Virus record (IMG/VR): IMGVR_UViG_3300025141_000025 | Location: 104,486 to 168,485 of that record | DNA: 64,000 nucleotides | Reading direction: 5' to 3' (one strand) | Source of the DNA: a virus | Shown: piece by piece, positions 56,317 through 64,000 of the stretch | Layout: the number at the start of each line of letters is the position of its first letter | Numbering within the stretch: the first letter of the stretch is position 1 | The notes under the pieces: model-generated | Databases searched by the model: none | Told to the model about the DNA's origin: nothing | What the model saw: the letters and a program-made list of their open reading frames with translations, nothing else | Position numbers and translations under genes: made by a program

Positions 56317-57962
56317 TTTGGCTCCCGTCTTAGTTCTTCGTACTCATCCTCTCGATCAAAGCCGGCTCGCCTGTACCAAGCCTCGAGTTCCTTTGCTGAT
56401 AAAGTTTCTTGCCCGAATGGAACGGCATCGAGAGTCATCGGAACCTGATGCTTATCTGCTAGTGCAACGATTTTATTCATGACTTCGGAGGCGAAACCTT
56501 TCTTCTCGCATGTGTTACGAGGTACAGTCTGAATAGTGTTAAAACTTATTGCGCCATCGAATATGTTTACATCAGTCAAAACAAGGCAATCCTCATCATC
56601 GACTTTACCCATGTACCAGTATTGTATGCTTGGGTTTATGGGGTTGCGTTCGGACATAGAATAGTATTCTGCCATGAAAGCGTCGAACCTTTGTTGAAGG
56701 CCTTTTGGGGAATGTGTCGAAAGGGAGATGCCTGCTTGCAGTTGCTCCCTGACAATGCCCCTGATAATCACCTCACTCACATTATCGTTGTCCGAGGTGT
56801 CATCACCCACAAAGGCGTTGAGCGCTTCTTTTATTTTTGACAAATGTGGCTTGAGATCCTCGAATTTTTCATTTTTTTCAACTTCATCGAATACTTTATC
56901 GATAGTGCCCTTATTCTTTTTAATCAGGTCCTTTGTTTCATCTATCTTTTTGATAATTTTAGGACCGTGTTTACCTGCAAGTTTTGACCCCTTCGGAAAT
57001 GCCTTTGTAAACCAAACAGCCAATTTACCACCTTTTCCAACAGCATCACCGATAACTGGAACTAATGAAATAAGAGAAAGCGCAGCGAAAAGGTAATCTC
57101 CTTTTCTAGCGTAATCTATCACATTAGCGGCATCAGCAAATTCACCGAGTCCTGGAATCAACCCAGCGAGATCAAGAACAACGTTGTATGCGGATGTTTC
57201 TTCAACTATCAATTCATGTATATACCTGCGAACCACAGCTTCATTCATGCGCTTCTTGAGAAGGTCCAAAAGCTGCTGATCTTTCTCGTCAGGTTTTTTC
57301 TGGAAATGTGGTATCCTCAAGCCTTTTCTGGCATTCGGGTAGGTTATGATCTCATCCGGCTTTACTTCATATTTAGTTGCAAGTTTCTTAAGGACTTTCT
57401 TGATCTCCTCTTGAGACATCATCTTCACGGCAGCCGCAGGATGAGATGTAGCTCTTAAGCCCTCTAGGCTGGGGTGATCTCCGATCGGATCTCGGCTATC
57501 GCTATGTGTACCCTTCCGTTTAGCGTCCCTGGACCATGAGCGACCCACGGTATCCCACAAGTCCTTTTGGCCCATGGTCTTTCCCAGGAACTCTATTTCT
57601 TTTCCGGCCTCTCTCCACACTTCTTCTGGAATGAGAATTTCTGAACCTGTATCGAATCGATGTATACCGCCTGACTTTTCAATAACCCACTCAGGTACTT
57701 TGTAGGCATACACGTTACCGCTTACCCCATGATGCTGAACAATGTCTGTAGGATTGGGGGTCAAAAATACACCAGACTTAACTGAACTGGATAGCCAAGG
57801 TCGATCCCATTCTTGTTCCGGCTGTCCCTGGCTTTGCCATCGCTGCTTTGGCTTGGGCTCAGCAGGGCGAGGTCCGATATGATAGAGAGTACGCTTGCCC
57901 TTTTGGCCGCGAAGCTCTTTTTCCACAAGAAGTGTGACTGTATGTTTGTGTAGAGTTTTCAT
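56313..57962 (-). CDS. Multidomain protein: ART-like, pre-toxin TG-like, GNAT
   Basis: LYHIG/GVFLT/EILI; LDLAGLIPGLGEFADAAN; KGFASEVM...WYRRAGF; leader-like linkers. Confidence 0.6.
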   Translation of the reverse strand: MKTLHKHTVTLLVEKELRGQKGKRTLYHIGPRPAEPKPKQRWQSQGQPEQEWDRPWLSSSVKSGVFLTPNPTDIVQHHGVSGNVYAYKVPEWVIEKSGGIHRFDTGSEILIPEEVWREAGKEIEFLGKTMGQKDLWDTVGRSWSRDAKRKGTHSDSRDPIGDHPSLEGLRATSHPAAAVKMMSQEEIKKVLKKLATKYEVKPDEIITYPNARKGLRIPHFQKKPDEKDQQLLDLLKKRMNEAVVRRYIHELIVEETSAYNVVLDLAGLIPGLGEFADAANVIDYARKGDYLFAALSLISLVPVIGDAVGKGGKLAVWFTKAFPKGSKLAGKHGPKIIKKIDETKDLIKKNKGTIDKVFDEVEKNEKFEDLKPHLSKIKEALNAFVGDDTSDNDNVSEVIIRGIVREQLQAGISLSTHSPKGLQQRFDAFMAEYYSMSERNPINPSIQYWYMGKVDDEDCLVLTDVNIFDGAISFNTIQTVPRNTCEKKGFASEVMNKIVALADKHQVPMTLDAVPFGQETLSAKELEAWYRRAGFDREDEYEELRREPK

Positions 57963-57980
57963 TGTGTATTATCTCATGAG

Positions 57981-58193
57981 TTATTTCTCAAATTTTTTCC
58001 CGTCAGCTGTCATGTGCGGGCCTGCATGTGATTTATGCCTCACACAAACATTGTATTCACAATCACTCATTTTGATTTCTTTGCATAAAATTTTAGGATA
58101 CATGACTGCCCACACAGCCACCCCTACCGCAGCAAATCCCAACAAGACAAATGTCAGTATTACGGTTGTTATAATGTTCATGATGGACTCCAC
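57981..58193 (-). CDS. Small TM protein with Cys/His tail
   Basis: TM; C..C..H..H. Confidence 0.5.
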   Translation of the reverse strand: MESIMNIITTVILTFVLLGFAAVGVAVWAVMYPKILCKEIKMSDCEYNVCVRHKSHAGPHMTADGKKFEK

Positions 58194-59056
58194 AGTTTTG
58201 TTCGACTTGTGTCGTAGATCGGAATACCAAGATCTAGTGATGCCAACATGATCTTCTTCACTACACCTGCCGAGAAATAATCGATGTCTTTAGCTGTGTT
58301 ACCGCTAGGGGCACTTTGTCCACCGGAGACCAGCTTCTCCGCCGTTTTAAGAACAGCCTGCGCAACATCGTCCTTTGCAACGATAATTCCTCGAGGTCTC
58401 CAGTTGTCAACTAGGGCTTCATTATTCGACCAATCTGTATCTGCCGGGTTCCACGTGGACTGGTCTAAAACGTACGGGATTCCATCTCTTGCCATCTTCT
58501 CCATGTACTCGTCTCCGCGCTTGAGTTGACCGTACCGACTGTAATCTTTTGACACAGAGGGTCGTTTGTTTCTGCCAGAAGATCTGTCTCTTTGCGTAAC
58601 AGCCTCTTCGTCACCTTCATGACCGACACCATAGTCACCATAAAACCCTGAGTACATTTTGTCTTGATCGTTTGTTGCCAGCGTTATTCTTCCCTTGATC
58701 CACAACCCGTATGGGAGACCGGCTGCTGGCTCAAAGCTATCACCAGGGAGAGTCATCGTGGTAGAAAGCTCGTCCTTGCCTCTTCCTTTCATGTTCTCAA
58801 TGCCATAGAAATCGCTAGTCCAGTGGACAGTGTCCAGAGTGCTGAGAAACTGGTGATCTGCGTTTTTGTTGAATGCACGCTTGATATCACGACCGGCCTC
58901 TTTGCCGATTTGCCCACCAAAAAACTGGTCACCGAAACTATCGGATGCGGCTAGGTCATGGACAAAACCCATCGGATCTTCTTTTAATAGCATTCGAATT
59001 TCAGTGAGGAGTGCCTCCCTAATCATTTTCCTAAGTTTTGATTCTGAAATTTTCAT
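58178..59056 (-). CDS. MKIS-leader protein, paralog of 51507..52325
   Basis: MKISESKLRKMIREALLTE; shared motifs. Confidence 0.7.
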   Translation of the reverse strand: MKISESKLRKMIREALLTEIRMLLKEDPMGFVHDLAASDSFGDQFFGGQIGKEAGRDIKRAFNKNADHQFLSTLDTVHWTSDFYGIENMKGRGKDELSTTMTLPGDSFEPAAGLPYGLWIKGRITLATNDQDKMYSGFYGDYGVGHEGDEEAVTQRDRSSGRNKRPSVSKDYSRYGQLKRGDEYMEKMARDGIPYVLDQSTWNPADTDWSNNEALVDNWRPRGIIVAKDDVAQAVLKTAEKLVSGGQSAPSGNTAKDIDYFSAGVVKKIMLASLDLGIPIYDTSRTKLWSPS

Positions 59057-61197
59057 TTCTCTTCAAACTCCTCTTTTGATTTTTTGCTCCACCTATCTCT
59101 TGGTAAGAGTTTTTCAACTTTGAATCTTAAAATTGATTTTCCGTTAATCGTAGGATGACCATATTCATCCTTTCCAATTTTTTTTACAATAGTCCTCTTA
59201 TTCTTAAACTTACCCGTGAGTATAATATCGCCATGTTCTAAATCCAACGTGATAGATTCTAGAATATCTCTAAGTTCTATCGGCCAATCTTGTTCTGGCC
59301 AACGCGTCATTAGATAATATTGCCATATTTCTCTAATCTTTTTCATTAATGGGTCTAAATCAGCTTTAGAATAACCGCTATCCAATCCCGTTGCATAAAT
59401 GTTATAAAGCTCTTTGTCAATGACATCGGCGGCAGGTTCACCTTTTCTTTTTGATTTAATGACAAGTCCTGCTACATAAGAAGGAACCTCGGCTTCACTC
59501 GTATAATAATCTTCTGCCCTTTGCAGGGTTTTCCATATCTCAGAATCAGGAACCTTTTTTTGAACATCCATTAACACATCAGTTGATTGACCTGAATGTT
59601 CTAGTTCGTGCCTTATATCACTTTCTATTTCTATTTTGAAACGATGAATTTCTTCATCCTCATAATCGGTCGGCATGTATAATTGTAGCAAAATGTCAGA
59701 CGTCTTTCGTTGCTCATCATCTGCATCTAAGTCAAACTGATATGCCGCTGAGGAATTAAAGTCATCATGAGGAATTAATTCAACAGAGACATTCCTAAGC
59801 CATACGACATTTTTGGGCAATTTTATGTCTACATTAAATTTTAATTGCCCTTGCGTCGCATATGCGTTTCGTAAATCCGGATCAAACAGGTATTCAATAA
59901 CTTCATTTGTTATTGTTTCCGCGACCTTTTCTAATTTTCGACCTGTGAGTGATTTTTCTAACAAGAGGTTTCTAATATATTGACGCAATATAGTTTCTCT
60001 TATGCTGGCCTTCTTCAGCCTGATCTCTACCGGTGATTGTCCGAATCCGTCAAATGCGCTTGTTATCTTGTAACCTAGAGACTCAATACCCTCTGCCTCT
60101 TTTGGAAATTGCTGCACGAAGTCATCGACTTTCATGACTGGTTTTTCAGGCTTGAGACCGGTGTCGAATATCAGCTCCTCAACGCCCTCTTCCTTGTAGC
60201 TTTCGTCGAAGTACTTAAACTCTCCGCCCATAGCCTTGATGTGATCGATGAGTGCTCCATGGTCCACCTGCATTTTCTCTTCGGCTTGCTTCCTTGCTCG
60301 CTCTACTTCACGATGTTCGACCTCAAAGATGTTGAACATTGCCACCTTTCCCTTGAGCGGGTCCAGTACTGTATCGAACAGATCTTTAAATTTCTTTTCG
60401 TATTGCTGCGCTCGCTGATCGTGCTTAGAGTCGGGGTTCAATTCGATGATATCACCGTTCTTCATGCTAAGCTGTTCTGGAACACCGAGGACTAAGTTGC
60501 CATCGTTCTTTAGATAGTCGGCAAATATGTCGCCGAATAGATCAAAATCACCGCTGGGTAGTTTAACACCTGGAAACAAATCACTCAGTAAGATGTCAGG
60601 GTTTGATACACCAAGTCTGCGACCGGTATGTTTCATTGAATCTCGAACCTGTTCAGCTTCCATCGACCCGCCACCGTGAGACAGCCAGACCAGCTCCATC
60701 AAATACTCTTTTATGAGAGAAGTGAATTTGTCTTTTTCTCCTCTTTCACGCCCGGGGGCATTCTCAATCATATGATGAAGATCATGAGCCAGATAGTGAG
60801 GGTTGACATCAGCGATGAATGTATCTCCACCGGCAGGAACCTCAAAAGACTTAGGGTAGACGTAAAGAAGGTTGATTCCGTCTGGCTTCATCGCCTTCTG
60901 TATTTGTGGGTATAACTTTCCGATGTTTGAAATGTCAGTAAGGGTGACTTGACCTCGGCTTTTGAATCCGGATACTTTACCCTGTATTTCGTTTGGTAGT
61001 CTATGCGCCCAGCTAAGATCATCTGTATGAGCGACGTAGATGTTGACGCTCTGGGGAATTGCTTTGAAATAATCGGCAACCTCTTCGCGGACCATCACAT
61101 CATCATCATCTTGTGTGAGATACTCGAAATCGTCGAGAGGAACTTCCATGAGAAGCCCCCTTACGCAACGCCTAAGTTTTTCTTCGAAATTTAACAC
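59053..61197 (-). CDS. Leader-linked multidomain protein with zincin-like motifs
   Basis: HDLHH, HELEH; IRE-TILRQYIRNLLLE linker; C-terminal HGDII SH3-like. Confidence 0.55.
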   Translation of the reverse strand: MLNFEEKLRRCVRGLLMEVPLDDFEYLTQDDDDVMVREEVADYFKAIPQSVNIYVAHTDDLSWAHRLPNEIQGKVSGFKSRGQVTLTDISNIGKLYPQIQKAMKPDGINLLYVYPKSFEVPAGGDTFIADVNPHYLAHDLHHMIENAPGRERGEKDKFTSLIKEYLMELVWLSHGGGSMEAEQVRDSMKHTGRRLGVSNPDILLSDLFPGVKLPSGDFDLFGDIFADYLKNDGNLVLGVPEQLSMKNGDIIELNPDSKHDQRAQQYEKKFKDLFDTVLDPLKGKVAMFNIFEVEHREVERARKQAEEKMQVDHGALIDHIKAMGGEFKYFDESYKEEGVEELIFDTGLKPEKPVMKVDDFVQQFPKEAEGIESLGYKITSAFDGFGQSPVEIRLKKASIRETILRQYIRNLLLEKSLTGRKLEKVAETITNEVIEYLFDPDLRNAYATQGQLKFNVDIKLPKNVVWLRNVSVELIPHDDFNSSAAYQFDLDADDEQRKTSDILLQLYMPTDYEDEEIHRFKIEIESDIRHELEHSGQSTDVLMDVQKKVPDSEIWKTLQRAEDYYTSEAEVPSYVAGLVIKSKRKGEPAADVIDKELYNIYATGLDSGYSKADLDPLMKKIREIWQYYLMTRWPEQDWPIELRDILESITLDLEHGDIILTGKFKNKRTIVKKIGKDEYGHPTINGKSILRFKVEKLLPRDRWSKKSKEEFEEK

Positions 61198-61229
61198 ACT
61201 ACTAAATATCTTACAAAACCTTTAAAGCA

Positions 61230-61259
61230 TTGTGGCCGTGAATTAATTCACGGCCACAA
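61230..61259. terminator. Perfect 30-bp palindrome (terminator or binding site)
   Basis: TTGTGGCCGTGAATTAATTCACGGCCACAA. Confidence 0.6.
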
Positions 61260-61288
61260 ATAAACTTACAACTACTGTATTCGGATAC

Positions 61289-61534
61289 CTAAGGTGTCGA
61301 AACATCCTCGGTCGTCACAACATCTGGTGTTGAATCAGCGGCATCAACATCAGTTGAATCAACTGCATCCGTATCAGAAGATACAGTATCGGTATCATCT
61401 GCAGCTGGTGTGGAATCAGCATCAACTACAATATCAACTATAGGTGCAGAATCGTCTACACTGTTATTCTTATCATCACATGCAAAAAGTGCGAAAGAAA
61501 AAACAATCATCAATAAAACAAAAAAACTCTTCAT
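61289..61534 (-). CDS. Acidic low-complexity lipoprotein
   Basis: LFAC lipobox; D/T/S-rich tail. Confidence 0.65.
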   Translation of the reverse strand: MKSFFVLLMIVFSFALFACDDKNNSVDDSAPIVDIVVDADSTPAADDTDTVSSDTDAVDSTDVDAADSTPDVVTTEDVSTP

Positions 61535-61609
61535 AAAACTTACCCCTTATGGTGTTAGCATATATACTATGCGTCCGAGAGGAAGTGTACAACTAATTTT
61601 TGTTTTATT

Positions 61610-62713
61610 TTATGAGTGCAAACCACCAAGCATAGTAACTGCAATTAGACCAGGTAAATTTTGATTTACATATACGCCAGAGAACAATGTAGAGGCTCGG
61701 CCACCAACATAAGAAAATGCCGATTCAAGCCTGTTACTCACACCAGGATCTGATGCCATTTCGCTAGTTACAACAAGTAACAACACACCTGTCTTTGCAT
61801 TCCCAGATGGATTTGGGCAGGGTGATGAGCGCAGGCAACCCTGAAATACAGTGGCACCGAGATCAGCCCTCGAGACATCTCTAACAACCGTACTACCAAG
61901 TAAAATCCTGCCAGGCTGTTGCAAACATTTTTCTAGATCCTTTGAGTCAAAACTCTGAATTGGAGAACTGTCATTTGCCATTTTTAGAACTACACCTAAA
62001 AGTTTTGCAAAATTTGTGTTGGCCGCTGGATACATGTCTAACATTCCTACTTTACCACGTAACAGCTGCAACTGTTTTTCGTTGTCAATGATAATGTGAG
62101 GGTAGTTTACAATATCTTTTCGGCATGCCTCGAAATTTGCTTTAATGGTTGGATTCAATAGTTCTTGTGCTGTAGGCTTGCTAATCACATAAATGACCTT
62201 TCCGACTGATTCGATTGAACTAAGGTATCGTGTTGCAGAGTCATGTAAGCTAGAACATGCACTGCCTGTTCCGCCGCCGCCGCCAGCCAGTACAAAAATC
62301 CAATCGACCTTACCAATTCGAGTCCTTAGCGCATCTTCATAAAGGGCGCTATTTTCACTTAGGACCTTTTTACCTAGTTTTACGTCTTTACCTACCCCAT
62401 CCGCACCAGGAATAAGCAAAAAATGCTGTGGTTCAACTCCAGCAGGCTGGTCTTTTACTGTTGTATTGACAAGTAGGGTTTTATTAAATCCTACATCCAA
62501 AAATGCCTTTGCTAATTTTCCGCCGCCACCACCAACACCAATAAATGCGCAACTAATTGCACTAGGCGCGGTATTATCAGGCAGTAACCTATCATCGCCT
62601 GCTACAGGCGTATCATCATATGCTTCGACAAATCCAAAATCAAAATCCGATCCTGTACCAGGGTCAGGATTATTAATGTAATTGTCATCATGCGTTTCAT
62701 TACCGTTGCTCAT
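61610..62713 (-). CDS. Tubulin/FtsZ-superfamily GTPase (PhuZ/TubZ-like)
   Basis: IGVGGGG, VNT, GVGKD, GGGGGTGS, IDN, FDxxD. Confidence 0.8.
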   Translation of the reverse strand: MSNGNETHDDNYINNPDPGTGSDFDFGFVEAYDDTPVAGDDRLLPDNTAPSAISCAFIGVGGGGGKLAKAFLDVGFNKTLLVNTTVKDQPAGVEPQHFLLIPGADGVGKDVKLGKKVLSENSALYEDALRTRIGKVDWIFVLAGGGGGTGSACSSLHDSATRYLSSIESVGKVIYVISKPTAQELLNPTIKANFEACRKDIVNYPHIIIDNEKQLQLLRGKVGMLDMYPAANTNFAKLLGVVLKMANDSSPIQSFDSKDLEKCLQQPGRILLGSTVVRDVSRADLGATVFQGCLRSSPCPNPSGNAKTGVLLLVVTSEMASDPGVSNRLESAFSYVGGRASTLFSGVYVNQNLPGLIAVTMLGGLHS

Positions 62714-62782
62714 AATACTCTCCTAAACAAAAGAACAAGTGTCTCTATGCATTTAAATAGGCACTCACTCAATTAACGTAAT

Positions 62783-63217
62783 TTACTTATGTGAATCCTG
62801 TTGCACGTTATCTCCTGCATCAGACTGCATAAGCATTCCTCTTTTTTCCTTTATGTGATCACCAATCGGAACAGGTTCACCATCACCGTCAATTCTAACA
62901 AATGTCATTTCAGTTGTTAATACAACACGTTGTGAACCATTATACGGACTGTGCCTTCGGGCCTCAAGCGTAACGTCAGCTGAACAATTGCCAATTGACT
63001 TAAGCTCACCATAAATTTTAATGATTTGTCCCGGGCGTACTGGTTTACGAAAAAGAACTTCAGCAACCCTTACTGTAACCATCCTCGGTGTATCACACAT
63101 CTGGCACACATAGGCAGCGGCGGCTTCATCAAGCCATGCTAGCATTACGCCGCCAAATAAATTTCCATGAAATCCAACATTTGACTCCTTGCAGACATGT
63201 GTTGAAATTAATTCCAC
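62783..63217 (-). CDS. Acyl-CoA thioesterase (HotDog, YciA-like)
   Basis: HGNLFGG..L.WLDEAA, VT, F.KPV, TFV. Confidence 0.85.
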   Translation of the reverse strand: MELISTHVCKESNVGFHGNLFGGVMLAWLDEAAAAYVCQMCDTPRMVTVRVAEVLFRKPVRPGQIIKIYGELKSIGNCSADVTLEARRHSPYNGSQRVVLTTEMTFVRIDGDGEPVPIGDHIKEKRGMLMQSDAGDNVQQDSHK

Positions 63218-63228
63218 TGACTTTCCTT

Positions 63229-63576
63229 TTATGAGTTGTACATTTCTTCAGCTTCTGAGATTGCGCTGAGTATATCATGTGCATCCTCACTACCACCGGA
63301 AGCCAAAGAAGACAAAGGCCTCTGTAGTCGATTAAATGCCAGGTCTAGGGCGTTGGGATTTATTTGTCCCACAGCATCTTGAAAACCGCTTGATCCACCA
63401 ACATATGCATTTGTAAGATCAAGAATTTGCTCTTGAACAGCACCGCCTAGGCTTGACCAGGCCACGCCAAACGCGATAAGTGGGTTTGCCGCTTCTTTAT
63501 CACCCCATTGTTCTTTAAGCATTCTTTGTTTCTCTTCTTTGATGATTCTTCTGAGTTGTCGCTTTGTAATTTTCAT
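63229..63576 (-). CDS. MKITKRQL-leader protein
   Basis: IIKEEKQRMLKE. Confidence 0.75.
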   Translation of the reverse strand: MKITKRQLRRIIKEEKQRMLKEQWGDKEAANPLIAFGVAWSSLGGAVQEQILDLTNAYVGGSSGFQDAVGQINPNALDLAFNRLQRPLSSLASGGSEDAHDILSAISEAEEMYNS

Positions 63577-63896
63577 TATATAGTATCTCCAGGATCTAGA
63601 TCATCGCGGTAGGTAGGTTGGGATGTGTTCCCCGACTTATACGCCTTGTCTGCCTGAGAGCCGACAGGGGCCATAAGTTTCTTTAGTTGGTTAGAAAAAG
63701 AGAAGAAAGGGTCACCATATTCCTCGTATGCTGGATCGCGTTCAGAGTACTTTACAATTTCTTCTGCAATCATTTGTGCTTTTTTAAGGTGGTCAAGCAT
63801 AAGGTACATCTCATCGACTGGGTCATAGGACTCTTTTAAGAGTTTGACCTTCTCTTCTTTGATGATTCTTCTGAGTTGTCTTTTTGAGATTTTCAT
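63576..63896 (-). CDS. MKISKRQL-leader protein
   Basis: IIKEEKVKLLKE. Confidence 0.75.
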   Translation of the reverse strand: MKISKRQLRRIIKEEKVKLLKESYDPVDEMYLMLDHLKKAQMIAEEIVKYSERDPAYEEYGDPFFSFSNQLKKLMAPVGSQADKAYKSGNTSQPTYRDDLDPGDTI

Positions 63897-64000
63897 TAGC
63901 TTATTATTCCTTTTATTTTTTCGAGGTAATCATCTGCAATTTCTGGCTTCACTCCCATGCTCTTGTTCATGAAAGCTGTCTTTATTATATCCTGTATTTG
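63889..64000. repeat. Exact direct repeat, copy 2 (3' end of a second copy of the 4831..5079 gene)
   Basis: Identical to 4824-4935; truncated by window. Confidence 0.9.

Noticed and set aside
775-62681. Most plus-strand and nested ORFs in the track (e.g. 21265, 21928, 48762, 15310, 37230)
   Set aside because: Shadows of better-supported minus-strand genes, with no motifs or RBS.
2338-64000. Diversity-generating retroelement behind the repeats
   Set aside because: No reverse transcriptase; the one long repeat is exact, with no adenine-specific mismatches.
1-64000. Alternative genetic code (stop recoding)
   Set aside because: Known genes are full length in code 11, and TAA, TAG and TGA all end genes at sensible positions.

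Overview
This window looks like part of a large (jumbo-type) tailed-phage genome. Genes are densely packed, almost all on the minus strand, in the standard genetic code, and I could identify no rRNA, tRNA or CRISPR array. Myxobacterial-type proteins (MopE-repeat/vWA lipoprotein, CglF-like protein) suggest a Myxococcota or related host. Recognisable genes: RadA/Sms-like ATPase, MoxR AAA plus vWA-metallopeptidase, type II GAPDH, def, dnaJ, dnaK, uvsE, KamA-type radical SAM, thermonuclease, tubulin/FtsZ-like protein and acyl-CoA thioesterase. Most of the rest is two modular gene families. (1) About 37 ORFs (2.3-14.8 kb and 47.7-64 kb) carry a short basic amphipathic leader, MKITKRQLRRIIKEE or MKLLREYIRxLL, ending in hydrophobic-X-Glu. 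The leader is fused to unrelated cargo domains (ART, GNAT, kinase, nuclease, ParB, hydrolase, peptidase) and also recurs inside proteins as a domain linker. I infer a capsid-targeting, prohead-protease-processed, shuffleable cargo system. One cassette is duplicated exactly 59 kb away, with the breakpoint inside the leader DNA. (2) About 38 tiny MKVGDLV (SH3/KOW-like) ORFs (27-47.7 kb) are chained by a conserved 14-nt start/stop overlap. Two promoter-like motif classes (GTGTAA-N17-TATAAT with a 5' hairpin, and GATAHTTA) largely partition the regions. All family calls come from motif recognition by eye; no searches were run.
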